Below are positions 45,949 through 55,434 of a stretch of DNA of 64,000 nt, piece after piece. The stretch covers positions 10,496-74,495 of the forward strand of contig NZ_JAQGKF010000099.1 of the NCBI RefSeq assembly GCF_028290205.1, written 5' to 3'. This stretch comes from Enterovirga sp. Its GTDB lineage: Bacteria; Pseudomonadota; Alphaproteobacteria; Rhizobiales; Beijerinckiaceae. Below the pieces are notes generated by a model. That model saw nothing but the letters and a program-made list of their open reading frames with translations. It searched no databases and was not told where the DNA came from. The position numbers were made by a program, and so were the translations under genes. Position 1 is the stretch's first letter. Each line of letters begins with the position of its first letter.

Positions 45949-46971
45949 GTGGCTGTCCGCGGCGTTTGCCTGGTTGTGGGGTTTGCTTCGCTCTTGGCTG
46001 GAGCGATCCCGGCCGTGGCCCAGGAGGTCAATCTCTACACGACGCGCGAACCCGGCCTGATCAAGCCGTTGCTCGACGCCTTCACCCGGTCGAGCGGCAT
46101 CAAGGTCAACACGGTTCTGGTCGACAAGGGACTTGCTGAGCGGGTCGCAGCGGAAGGTGAGCGCTCCCCGGCCGACGTGCTGATGACCGTGGATGTCGGC
46201 AATCTGATGGAACTGGTCGACAAGGGGCTGGCCCAGCCGGTCGCCTCGCCGGCGCTGGACGCCGCCATTCCGGCCCATCTGCGGGCGGCCGACGGCCGCT
46301 GGTACGCGCTCTCGCTGCGGGCCCGGGTGGCCTATGTCGATGCCGGCCTCGGTGATGTGCAGGCGCTGACCTACGAGGAGCTCGCCGACCCGAAATGGAA
46401 GGGCAAGATCTGCATCCGGTCGGGTCAACACCCCTACAACACCGCCCTGATCGGCGCCTACTTGGCCCGCCACGGCGAAGAGAAGACGGAGGCGTGGCTG
46501 CGCGGGCTCAAGGCCAATCTCGCCCGCAGGGCCGGAGGCGGCGACCGCGAGGTGGCGCGCGACATCAAGGCCGATCTCTGCGATCTGGGGCTGGCGAATT
46601 CCTATTACGTCGGCCTGATGCGGGGCGGGAAGGGCGGGGCCGAGCAGAAGAGCTGGGCGGACGCCATCAAGGTGGTGCTGCCGACCTTCGCGGGCGGCGG
46701 CACGCATGTGAACGTGTCCGGGGCCGTGGTCGCCCGCAACGCGCCCAACAAGGATGCCGCCGTGAAGCTGCTGGAATTCCTCGTGACCGAGGAGGCCCAG
46801 GCCATCTACGCACAGAGCAATTACGAGTACCCGGTCCGGGCCGGGGCCAAGGCGGACCCGATCATCGCGGCGCTTGGACCCCTGAATCCGGACACCACGC
46901 CGCTTCCCGAGATCGCCAAGAACCGCAAGCTCGCCAGCATGCTGGTCGACAAGGTCGGGTTCGACAACTGA
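45949..46971 (+). CDS. fbpA: Fe3+ ABC transporter substrate-binding protein (FbpA/FutA/AfuA)
   Basis: GTG after GGAGG; NLYTTRE, ERSPADVLMTVD, RSGQHPYN, GGDR, NSYY (Fe-ligand Tyr pair). Confidence 0.9.
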   Translation: MAVRGVCLVVGFASLLAGAIPAVAQEVNLYTTREPGLIKPLLDAFTRSSGIKVNTVLVDKGLAERVAAEGERSPADVLMTVDVGNLMELVDKGLAQPVASPALDAAIPAHLRAADGRWYALSLRARVAYVDAGLGDVQALTYEELADPKWKGKICIRSGQHPYNTALIGAYLARHGEEKTEAWLRGLKANLARRAGGGDREVARDIKADLCDLGLANSYYVGLMRGGKGGAEQKSWADAIKVVLPTFAGGGTHVNVSGAVVARNAPNKDAAVKLLEFLVTEEAQAIYAQSNYEYPVRAGAKADPIIAALGPLNPDTTPLPEIAKNRKLASMLVDKVGFDN

Positions 46972-47026
46972 GCCCGACCAGCCGGCGGGAGCCGAGCGCT
47001 CCCGCCTGATCCGCAAGGCCCTTCCG

Positions 47027-48712
47027 ATGAGTTCCGTCGCCCTCGAAGCCGGCTCCGCCTGGGACGCCCGCGCGGCCGCGCCGCGCCGCCCGGCTCGCGG
47101 CCTGGGTCATGCCGTGTTTCTGTCGGCCGCGATTCTGGTCGCCGTGGCGCTGATCGCCCCCGTCGCCTCCCTGGCCGTCAGCGCCCTCCAGGGCTCGGCC
47201 GGGTTGTGGCCCCACCTCGTCGCCTATGTGCTGCCGCAGGCGCTGCGCGACACCGTGCTTCTGCTTCTCGGGGTGGGCCTCCTGGTTCTGGTGGTCGGGG
47301 TCGGCACCGCCTGGCTCGTGGCTGCGCACGATTTTCCCGGCCGCCGGCTGGTCGAATGGATGCTGGTCCTGCCGCTCGCGGTGCCGACCTACATCGTGGC
47401 CTATGCCTATCTCGACCTCCTGCATCCGGTCGGTCCGGTGCAGACGGGCCTTCGCCACCTGTTCGGGATCGCGAGCCCGCGCGACCTGCCGTTTCCGGAG
47501 GTCCGCTCCCTGCCGGTCTGCGCCCTGCTGATCGGCTTCGTGCTGTATCCCTACGTCTACCTGCCGGTCCGGGCCGTGTTCCTGCTCCAGGGTGCGGAGG
47601 TGCTGGAAGCCGCCCGCACCCTCGGGGCCGGCTCCGCCCGCACCTTCTGGCGGGTCGCCCTGCCGCTGGCCCGGCCGGGCATCGCGGTCGGAGCGAGCCT
47701 CGCCCTGCTGGAAGCCCTGAACGACATCGGGGCGTCGGAATTCCTGGGCGTGCGCACGCTCACGGTCTCGATCTATGCCACCTGGGTGAACCGGTCGGAC
47801 CTGCCCGGCGCCGCGCAGATCGCCTTGCTGCTGCTGGTGGTGGTGCTGGCGCTGCTGGCCGCGGAGGCCTGGGGCCGTCGGCAGGGCCGCTACGTGGCCG
47901 GCCGGAGGACACCGCAGAGGCGGCCGCTCTCCGGCAGCCGGGCCGGGCTCGCGCTTCTTGCCTGCGCGGCCCCGATCACGGTCGGCTTCGTGGCGCCGGC
48001 CGGCTACCTGCTGGTCGAAGCCTCCAAGCGGGTCGCCTTTGCGGGCGTGTCGGCCGGTCTCGCCCGCGAGACGCTGAACACGGTGCTGCTCTCCGCCGGC
48101 GCCACCGTCCTGACGGTCGGGCTCGGGCTCGTCCTCGCATCGGGTGCGCGGCTCTATGCCCGGCGCGTGCCGTCGCTGTGGCTGCGGGCGGCCGGATTCG
48201 GCTACGCCCTTCCGGGCACCATCCTGGCCGTGGCGCTGCTCGGCCCGCTCGCGGGCTTCGACCGGATGCTGGCCGCCGTCACGCGCGACCTGTTCGGGGT
48301 GACGCTCGGGCTGCTGGCCGGCGGCACCGCGGTGGCGCTGATCTACGCCTATACGGTGCGGTTCCTGGCGATCTCGATCGGCGCCGCCGAAGCCGGGCTG
48401 GCCAAGCTGCCGGCCTCGCAGGACGAGGCAAGCCGCGTGCTCGGGCAGGGTACGCTCGGCACGTTCCGGCTGATCCACGTGCCCTTCGCCTGGACGGCGG
48501 TGGCGAGCGGCGCGCTGCTGGTCTTTGTGGATTGCATGAAAGAGCTGCCCGCGACGCTGCTGCTGCGGCCGCTCAACGTCGAGACCCTGGCCACGCACCT
48601 GTATGGCGAAGCGGCGCGGGGCACCTACGAGGACGGCGCCGTCGCGGCGCTGATCATCGTGCTGATCGGCCTGTTGCCGCTGACGCTGCTGTCGCGCCTC
48701 GGCCCGCGCTGA
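47027..48712 (+). CDS. fbpB: Fe3+ ABC transporter permease
   Basis: Two EAA-loop halves; LYPYVYL, MKELPATLLLRP.N.ETLAT. Confidence 0.92.
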   Translation: MSSVALEAGSAWDARAAAPRRPARGLGHAVFLSAAILVAVALIAPVASLAVSALQGSAGLWPHLVAYVLPQALRDTVLLLLGVGLLVLVVGVGTAWLVAAHDFPGRRLVEWMLVLPLAVPTYIVAYAYLDLLHPVGPVQTGLRHLFGIASPRDLPFPEVRSLPVCALLIGFVLYPYVYLPVRAVFLLQGAEVLEAARTLGAGSARTFWRVALPLARPGIAVGASLALLEALNDIGASEFLGVRTLTVSIYATWVNRSDLPGAAQIALLLLVVVLALLAAEAWGRRQGRYVAGRRTPQRRPLSGSRAGLALLACAAPITVGFVAPAGYLLVEASKRVAFAGVSAGLARETLNTVLLSAGATVLTVGLGLVLASGARLYARRVPSLWLRAAGFGYALPGTILAVALLGPLAGFDRMLAAVTRDLFGVTLGLLAGGTAVALIYAYTVRFLAISIGAAEAGLAKLPASQDEASRVLGQGTLGTFRLIHVPFAWTAVASGALLVFVDCMKELPATLLLRPLNVETLATHLYGEAARGTYEDGAVAALIIVLIGLLPLTLLSRLGPR

Positions 48713-48745
48713 GACGCGGCGGGCCGCCGCAAGGCCGCCGGGGAG

Positions 48746-49027
48746 CTAGACCCGCGGGACCGGGCGGGCCGCAACCCGGGCCCGGATGGGCCGGCGCTCG
48801 ACCAGGACCAACCGGGTACCGGCCGCGATGGACACGGTGTGGGGCGGCAACTTCGGCAGGTGCGGCCGCACGTCGTCCTCGGAGACGCCCATCAGCCCGG
48901 CGGCGATTTCGATCTGCGCGTCCGGATCCGACGACAGGCCCTGCGCGGCGGCCACCGCCTCGTCGATGGTCGGATATTCGCGGCGGACGCGAGGCGGCGG
49001 AAGCACCTTCTTATGCTTCGGCTTCAT
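48746..49027 (-). CDS. small conserved-looking hypothetical protein (93 aa)
   Basis: RREYPTIDEAVAAAQGLSSD..AQIEIAAGLMG; coding-like codon usage. Confidence 0.7.
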   Translation of the reverse strand: MKPKHKKVLPPPRVRREYPTIDEAVAAAQGLSSDPDAQIEIAAGLMGVSEDDVRPHLPKLPPHTVSIAAGTRLVLVERRPIRARVAARPVPRV

Positions 49028-49051
49028 GTTCGAGGGCCCTTCCAGGACGAT

Positions 49052-49066
49052 TGCTGCAATGCAGCA
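49052..49066. promoter_or_regulatory. perfect 15-bp palindrome, PhaR/AniA-box-like
   Basis: TGCTGCA-A-TGCAGCA, 25 nt upstream of the 49027 start; contains CTGC-N3-GCAG. Confidence 0.5.
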
Positions 49067-49112
49067 TAGATGGGATTCGTTGTCGAGTTTCGCTATGGCA
49101 TCCGGCCCCACA

Positions 49113-51074
49113 TCACTCCAGCCGTTCGTCGTTGCGCTGCAAGGAGAGGAGCAGCGGGAAGAACGGGTCGGCGCCCAGGGCGCTGCGCCAGCGTTCGCCG
49201 AAGCGCCGGCGCTCGGCCTCGAAACGGGCCCGCCTCGCGCCTTCGTGACGGCGGGAGGCGGATTCGTGGTGCCGCAGCACCGCGCTCGGGCAGAGGAGGT
49301 TTCGCAGCCCCAGCCGACTCAGCCGCAGGCAGAAATCGACGTCGTTGAAATCGACCGCGAAGCTTTCGTCGAAGCCCCCCACCGCGTCGAAATGCGCCCG
49401 GGACACCGCCAGGCATGCGGCCGTGACGGCGGCCACCTCATGCGTCGCGAGGTCCCGGCCGAGATGGTCGCAGCTTCCCTCCGGCTGGTTGCGGCCGAAA
49501 TGGCCGGCATAGCCGCCCCAGCCCAGCACCACCCCGGCATGCTGCACGCGCCCGCCCGGATAGAGCAGGCGCGCCCCGACCGCGCCCACCCCGTCCCGGA
49601 CCGCGTGGCGAACGAGGTCGCGCAGCCAGAAGGGCCCGAGCACCTCCGTGTCGTTGTTGAGCAGCACCACCACGGCCGCTCGGGTCGCCGCCACGGCCCG
49701 GTTGACGATGTGGGGGAAGTTGAATTCGCCCGGCACGGCGACCACGCGGCAGTTCGGCCGCCGGCGCAACGCGTCCAGATAGTCCAGGGTCTCCGCGCTC
49801 GTGGAGCCGTTGTCGGCCACCACCACCTCGAAATCCGGATGGTCGGTGCCCTCGATCACGCTCTCCACGGCGACGCGCAGGAGGTCCAATCGGTCGCGCG
49901 TCGGGATCACGATCGCGGCCGAGTCGGACCCGCCTGAGGCGGCTCCGGTTCCGGGCGTCTGGGCGAGGCTCGGCAGGTCGCGCGCCTCGTCGCCCAGGCG
50001 GTGCACCGCCGGCCGGGGCAGATGCGCCACGCGGCCGGCGGGCAGGTGTTCGGCCGCCGCGACCAGCAGACGCCGGGCGAGGGCGGGCTCGGGCCCCTCG
50101 ATCCCGGCCGCGAGCTGCCGGGCCGTGCTGACGTCCCAGAGCTGGAGGCCGGCGATCGGCGCGCCGCCGGCGACGTAATCCGGGCTCCAGTCGGGTTCGA
50201 GCCTGACGGTCGCGAGCGCGCCGGAGGGAGCCAGGAGGGCGGCGTCCGAATAGAGCAGCGCGAGCCCGGGCGTCGCCGCCCAGGCGGCCCGCAGCGACAG
50301 CACCGTCCAGGGCGGCAGCCGGTCCCCGGGCGACAGGTGTGCGACGCAGCCCGACGGGAGGTCCGCGCTCCAGGGGCCTTGCTGCCGGCCGGCCGCGGGC
50401 CTGACCGTGACCCGGTCGTCGAGCCCCAGCCGGGCCGCTGCCGCCGTCGCCGGAGCCGCGGCGGCCGGCCCGGCCGCGACCAGCACGCGCCAGAGGGGGT
50501 CCGCCTGGCCAGCAAGGGTCTCCAACGTGGACGAGAGGGGGGCGGTCGCGCCCCCGGGCCAGTGGAGCAGGAAGGCGATCTCCGGGGCCGCCTCCGGCGC
50601 GGCCGGGCGGTCGAAGCGGTCCGGCTCGGGCGGGCGCGAGCGCCGGTCGGCAAAGGCCTGAACCCGCGACAGCGGCTCCTGCAGCAGCCCGGCCCGGACC
50701 GCGTTGACGCGTCCTCGCCGGGTGCGGACCAGCCCGGGAACGGCCTCCTTCAGAAGGGCGGCCGGGCTTCGGGCAAGCAGACGCAGCCGCATCTGCCACG
50801 GCGCCAGGCTCCGGGCCCGCTCCATCCGGAACAGGGCCGCGTCGGGCAGGTCGGCCAGGATCTCGTAGCGGACGAGCCGATCCGGCATGAGCCCGAGCCA
50901 GCGCGCCTGGCCGAACACCGCGGCCGGCATGATCCAGTCCAACGCCTTGCCGTCGGCCAGCCAGGCCCGGAACAGCGGCCGGACGGGGTGCGACGCGAAG
51001 CTCTGCGCGTAGTGCAGCTCGAGCCAGCGGCCCCGCAGCCGCTCCACGTCCGACGAGCCGGCGACGCTCAGCAT
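49113..51074 (-). CDS. glycosyltransferase family 2 (tandem domains)
   Basis: IVIPTRDR, VVADNGS, FNF..IVN, LLNNDTE, AVTAACL, FNDVDFCLRL, HHESASR. Confidence 0.9.
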   Translation of the reverse strand: MLSVAGSSDVERLRGRWLELHYAQSFASHPVRPLFRAWLADGKALDWIMPAAVFGQARWLGLMPDRLVRYEILADLPDAALFRMERARSLAPWQMRLRLLARSPAALLKEAVPGLVRTRRGRVNAVRAGLLQEPLSRVQAFADRRSRPPEPDRFDRPAAPEAAPEIAFLLHWPGGATAPLSSTLETLAGQADPLWRVLVAAGPAAAAPATAAAARLGLDDRVTVRPAAGRQQGPWSADLPSGCVAHLSPGDRLPPWTVLSLRAAWAATPGLALLYSDAALLAPSGALATVRLEPDWSPDYVAGGAPIAGLQLWDVSTARQLAAGIEGPEPALARRLLVAAAEHLPAGRVAHLPRPAVHRLGDEARDLPSLAQTPGTGAASGGSDSAAIVIPTRDRLDLLRVAVESVIEGTDHPDFEVVVADNGSTSAETLDYLDALRRRPNCRVVAVPGEFNFPHIVNRAVAATRAAVVVLLNNDTEVLGPFWLRDLVRHAVRDGVGAVGARLLYPGGRVQHAGVVLGWGGYAGHFGRNQPEGSCDHLGRDLATHEVAAVTAACLAVSRAHFDAVGGFDESFAVDFNDVDFCLRLSRLGLRNLLCPSAVLRHHESASRRHEGARRARFEAERRRFGERWRSALGADPFFPLLLSLQRNDERLE

Positions 51075-51120
51075 GCGGGCGGCACGTACCCGCCAGGGCC
51101 GGCGCCGGCCAAGGGGCCGC

Positions 51121-52164
51121 TCAGGGGTCGAGCGCCTCTTCGTCGCAGATCACCTGGCCGACCTGGGAGGCCTGCTGCTGCAAGTCGAGCGGGGCGGCAT
51201 GCCGGACGGGCGCCGCACCCTCCGCATGGCGCAGGAAGAGCCGCATGACGTGGCGCAGGCCGGCCTCGTTGATGGAGCGCAGGTTCTCGCCGAAATACCG
51301 GGCCATCGTCGAGGGGGCGGTCGCGACCTCGTAGGAGGGAAAGTAGAACACGTTCGGCCGCGCGCGGCAGACCTCGTCCGCCACGACCCGAAGCGCGGAT
51401 TTCGTGTAGCTGTTCGAAACCAGCACGTGCCGGTCCTCCACCGTGGCGATGATCGGGATGGGCGACACCGTCAGCACGACCCGGCTTGCCGGGTTCAGCT
51501 CCCGCAGCCCGTCCAGAAAGGCCAGCATGTCCTCCGTCATCGACGCCACCGTGCCGTTCACCGGCCCGTAGCGGTCCCGGTCCCATTCGCCCCCCATCAC
51601 GCCGGGCGGCACCGGCAGGGCGGCGCCATCCTGACGGTCGATCCAGCCCTCGGTGAGCCCGAAGGTGAACACCAGGGTGTCCAGGGTGCGCCAGAGCTCG
51701 CGCACGCAGGCGAGGTGAAAGTCCCGCGCCGCCGCGACCTCCTCCTCCGTCGCGAACCCGTCCGGCTCCATCGAGGGCCGGAACGGATCCACGTAGCGGC
51801 CGTCCTCGCGCCGCCACGCGACCAGAGCGGGCTTGAAGGTGCCGACGGAACGCTGGAAAAGCTGCAGGAGATGCCGGGTCGTGTAGACGTTGCCGTAGCG
51901 CGCCGAGAACCGGGTCTCCGCCTCCTGCCGGGTCCGGTCCGCCCGGGCGGGCGGCGCTTCGGTGACGTGGTAGGTGTATCCCGCCTCCTGCAGCACCCGG
52001 GCGACCTCCTGGGCGAAGCAGCTCCCGGCCGTGGCGATCTTCTCGTGCCGCGTGAGCTGAAACGCCTCGGGTCGGGTCGGGTCCAGGGCGAAGGGCGGCA
52101 CGCCGGCCACCGCCTTGCGCCAGTAGCGCTCGGCCGGTAGCGTCGCATAGGGGTGGTCCGCCAT
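51121..52164 (-). CDS. GSCFA domain-containing protein
   Basis: IATAGSCFAQ, FSARYGNVY, FTFGLTEGW, LTVSP.P, YFPSYE. Confidence 0.92.
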   Translation of the reverse strand: MADHPYATLPAERYWRKAVAGVPPFALDPTRPEAFQLTRHEKIATAGSCFAQEVARVLQEAGYTYHVTEAPPARADRTRQEAETRFSARYGNVYTTRHLLQLFQRSVGTFKPALVAWRREDGRYVDPFRPSMEPDGFATEEEVAAARDFHLACVRELWRTLDTLVFTFGLTEGWIDRQDGAALPVPPGVMGGEWDRDRYGPVNGTVASMTEDMLAFLDGLRELNPASRVVLTVSPIPIIATVEDRHVLVSNSYTKSALRVVADEVCRARPNVFYFPSYEVATAPSTMARYFGENLRSINEAGLRHVMRLFLRHAEGAAPVRHAAPLDLQQQASQVGQVICDEEALDP

Positions 52165-52285
52165 ACGTTCTCTCCACATCGCGCATTCCGCGACAGCCTC
52201 CCTCGCGAAGCGTCTTACCGGCCTCCTCGCCGGCCGGCCAGCAGCCCGATCTTCAGGCGGCGCCGCCCGCTCGCCTCATATCGCG

Positions 52286-53179
52286 GTGGTCGGGCATTGC
52301 CAGGGCTCGGCCGTGGCGCAGGCCTTGCGCGTTCTCCTGCCGGATGCGGAGGTGAGGTACCGCTCGCTCTACGGAATGCGGGACAGGCGCGCCGGTATCC
52401 AGGCCTTCCTGCGGCAGAACGCGGCGGCCGATGCCGTCTTCGCCTCCGAACTCGCGCAGGGCGACCTGCCCGAGGACGCGCGCGCCCACCTCATGCCAAC
52501 GGTCCTGTTCGCGGCTTTCCACCCCGACCTCGTCTATGTCGGCGACGCGGCAGGCCCGGCCGGCCGGCACGTGCCCTCGCCGGTGGGAAGCTACCATTCC
52601 GCGCTCGCCCTCTACGGTTTTCGGCGCGGCCTGTCGGCCGAGGACACGCTGAAGCTCTTCTGCGAGCCGGTCTACCGGCATGTCGGCTACCTGGACGCCT
52701 GGGAAGCGGCGACCGGGACGCAGCTTCGGCTGGCCCGGGAGGTGGGTTGGGATTTCGGGCCGTTGCTGGCGCGCTGGTCACGCCGCGGGGCGTTCATGCA
52801 TTCGGTCAATCACCCGCGCATGTTCGTCGCCGCCGACCTCGCCCGCGCCCTTCTCGATCGGGCCGCCATCCCGTTCGTTGATTTCGACATCGAGCCCTTT
52901 CTCCATGACGAGTTGCTCGCCCAGGGCTCCTGGCCGGTCTATCCGGAGATCGGGCGGGTCTACGGCCTCTCTGGGGGCTACAGCTTCCTGCCGCGCTCGC
53001 GCCGGGGCAGCAGGCGACCGCAGCCGATGACGCTCGGCCGGTTCGTGGCCGAGAGCTTCGCGCTCTACCGGCAGCGGCGGAGCGCCGAGCTGAGCTGCCC
53101 CCGGGTCGAGACCTGGCTCGCCGAAGCGGCCCTCCCGGGGGACCTCGGCGAACTCGCCGGCGTGCCGAACCCCCGCTAG
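52286..53179 (+). CDS. WcbI-family polysaccharide biosynthesis putative acetyltransferase (start uncertain)
   Basis: VVGHCQ, F.AFHPD, FMHSVNHP, WPVYPEI. Confidence 0.8.
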   Translation: MVGHCQGSAVAQALRVLLPDAEVRYRSLYGMRDRRAGIQAFLRQNAAADAVFASELAQGDLPEDARAHLMPTVLFAAFHPDLVYVGDAAGPAGRHVPSPVGSYHSALALYGFRRGLSAEDTLKLFCEPVYRHVGYLDAWEAATGTQLRLAREVGWDFGPLLARWSRRGAFMHSVNHPRMFVAADLARALLDRAAIPFVDFDIEPFLHDELLAQGSWPVYPEIGRVYGLSGGYSFLPRSRRGSRRPQPMTLGRFVAESFALYRQRRSAELSCPRVETWLAEAALPGDLGELAGVPNPR

Positions 53180-54429
53180 GCCATGTTGTTGCGGATCACG
53201 GCTGCGAGGCCGCACAGCACCGCCCAGCCCACGAGACCCGCCACCACCGTGCCGGCAATCATCCAGGCCCGGCGCGGATAGCGCGGCAGCTCCGCCGGAA
53301 CCGGCTTCACGAAGCTCGTCAGGTAGATCTGCTTCGACAGGCTGGCCGCGCGTGCTCGCTCCAAGGCCGAGGTGGCGCTGGTGTACTGGGCCTCCGCCAC
53401 CTGCCGTTCCAGGTTGGTGGTGGCGAGCCGGGTCATGGAGGCCGAGAGGGTCGGGCCCTCGGCCGACGCGGTGCGCGTGAGTTCGCCCTGCAACTGCTCG
53501 ATCTGGCGTTCGGCGGCCTGGATCTGCAGGCGCAGGTTGCGCATCTGCGGCGCGTCGGCCGAGATCGTGCCCTTGCTGGCGTTGTACTGCGCCTGGAGCT
53601 GCAGGAGCTGCGTCCGCACGGCGGCGAAGACCAGCCCGGCCTTGTTCGTTTCGGCGGTGGCGTCGAGCATGCCCTCCTGGTTGCGGACGACCTCCAGCGC
53701 GCCCCGCACCGCCGCGAGCCGCTTCGCCGCGAGCTCGTGCTCGCGCGTGGCGTGCTCCAGGGCTTCGCGGCGGCTGCGCTCGTTCATGTCGTTGATCAGT
53801 TGTTCGCTGGCCGCCACCACAGCGTTCGCCAGCCGCACCGCGTCGTCCGGCGTGAAGGCCCGGACCTCGAGCTCCACGATGCCGCCCGGCATCCGGATGT
53901 TGGCTGCCGACATGCGGCGCCAGTAGCGCGCGATCCGCTCGATCGGCATGTCCGGGTCCAGCCGGGAGAAGTAATCCGCCTCGGGATGGGCAAAGACCTC
54001 CTTCAGGTTCGCCGTCGCGATCAGGTGATCCACCAGAGTCCGGCTTGCCACGTAGTTGGTGACGACCTGCGTGTCCTGGATGATCTGCACGGACGGCACG
54101 CCCGTCATCGCCGTGAGGGCGTCCAGGCCTGCCGTGACGCCGCTCCGCACGGCGAAACGGGCCTCGGCCACGTATTGGTTCGAGGCCCAGAGGCCGTAAT
54201 AGACGACGGCGCAGGTGCTCGGGATCGCCACGGCCAGGAGGAAGGTCGCGATCACGAAGAGCCGGACGAACCGCTGGCCCCGCCGCGCCCGGAAGCCGTC
54301 CGAGGCGCCGCGGCGGCCGGACGAGAAGCGCAGGATGCGGGCCGCCTCCGACAGCTGGCGCGAGACGAACTGCGCCCGCTGCTGCGGCGTGAGCGGCCCG
54401 GGCGGCGTGATGATCGGTTCCGCGCTCAT
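53176..54429 (-). CDS. kpsE: capsule export inner-membrane co-polymerase KpsE/CtrB/WcbD-like
   Basis: TM + Y.AEARFAVR, V.AFTP.DA, coiled coil, P..P.YPRR + C-terminal TM. Confidence 0.85.
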   Translation of the reverse strand: MSAEPIITPPGPLTPQQRAQFVSRQLSEAARILRFSSGRRGASDGFRARRGQRFVRLFVIATFLLAVAIPSTCAVVYYGLWASNQYVAEARFAVRSGVTAGLDALTAMTGVPSVQIIQDTQVVTNYVASRTLVDHLIATANLKEVFAHPEADYFSRLDPDMPIERIARYWRRMSAANIRMPGGIVELEVRAFTPDDAVRLANAVVAASEQLINDMNERSRREALEHATREHELAAKRLAAVRGALEVVRNQEGMLDATAETNKAGLVFAAVRTQLLQLQAQYNASKGTISADAPQMRNLRLQIQAAERQIEQLQGELTRTASAEGPTLSASMTRLATTNLERQVAEAQYTSATSALERARAASLSKQIYLTSFVKPVPAELPRYPRRAWMIAGTVVAGLVGWAVLCGLAAVIRNNMA

Positions 54430-54472
54430 CGGCTTCTGCGACCCTTCCTTCGGTCCCGCCTGCAATCCGGCG

Positions 54473-55126
54473 TCACCGGTTCAGCCGGCTGTACATCTCG
54501 ACGGCCTGATCCACGTCCTCGAACATGAGAATGCGGCCATCCACCAGCACCGCCCCGCGCGTACAATACTGCTTCACCGTGGCGACCGAATGGGAGACCA
54601 CGATCAGATCGGTGTTCTCGCGGCGCCGGCGGAAGACCTCCTCGCAGCGAGCCGCGAAGCGCTCGTCGCCCACCGCCGTGAGCTCGTCGATCAGGTAGCA
54701 ATCGAACTCGATGGCCATGGACAGGCCGAAGGCCACCCGGGCGCCCATGCCGGACGAATAGGTCTTCATCGGGGCGTCCATGTACTCGCCGATCTCGGCG
54801 AAATCCTCGACGAAGCGCGAGACGCGCTGCGGGTCCTCGCCGTAGATCCGGGCCACGAAATGCAGGTTCTCGCGGGCCGACATCAGCGGGTGGAAGCCGA
54901 CCCCGAAGCCGAGCGGCCATGACACCCGGGCCGTGCGCCGCACCCGGCCGGAATTCGGCAATTCGGTTCCAGCGATGATCCTGAGCGTGGTCGATTTGCC
55001 GGCGCCGTTGACGCCGAGCAGGCCGTAGCTCCAGCCCGCCTGGAAGGTGGCCGAGACGTGGTCGAGCACAATCCGGCGCGTCCGCTCGGTCTTGTAGAAC
55101 TTGAAGACGTTCGAGAGCTGGATCAT
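54473..55126 (-). CDS. kpsT: capsular polysaccharide export ABC ATPase
   Basis: GVNGAGKST, SWPLGF, YSSGMGAR, YLIDE, VSHS. Confidence 0.92.
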   Translation of the reverse strand: MIQLSNVFKFYKTERTRRIVLDHVSATFQAGWSYGLLGVNGAGKSTTLRIIAGTELPNSGRVRRTARVSWPLGFGVGFHPLMSARENLHFVARIYGEDPQRVSRFVEDFAEIGEYMDAPMKTYSSGMGARVAFGLSMAIEFDCYLIDELTAVGDERFAARCEEVFRRRRENTDLIVVSHSVATVKQYCTRGAVLVDGRILMFEDVDQAVEMYSRLNR

Positions 55127-55434
55127 GGCTCGGTGGCGACGGCCCGTGATGCCGAGCCTGGGGCTGCCCGAACTGTCCGGGGCCCCGGCTTCGGGACGAG
55201 AGCCCCTGCCCAGCTTTCGTGGCTCTTTCAAGACGGGCCCGGCGGATCCCCGCCCGGGCCGCTGGCTTCCGGCCGGCGGAGCGCCTAGATAGCGCGCTCC
55301 CTCCGGATCGAGCCGCTTCGCCAATGATCCCGCCCATCGCTGTTTCGCGCCCGAGCCTCTCGGGCGAGCCGACTTGGCCGGGACCCGGCTCGCCGTCGGA
55401 CCGCTGACCGGCCCGGGAGGCGGTCACCCAACCC

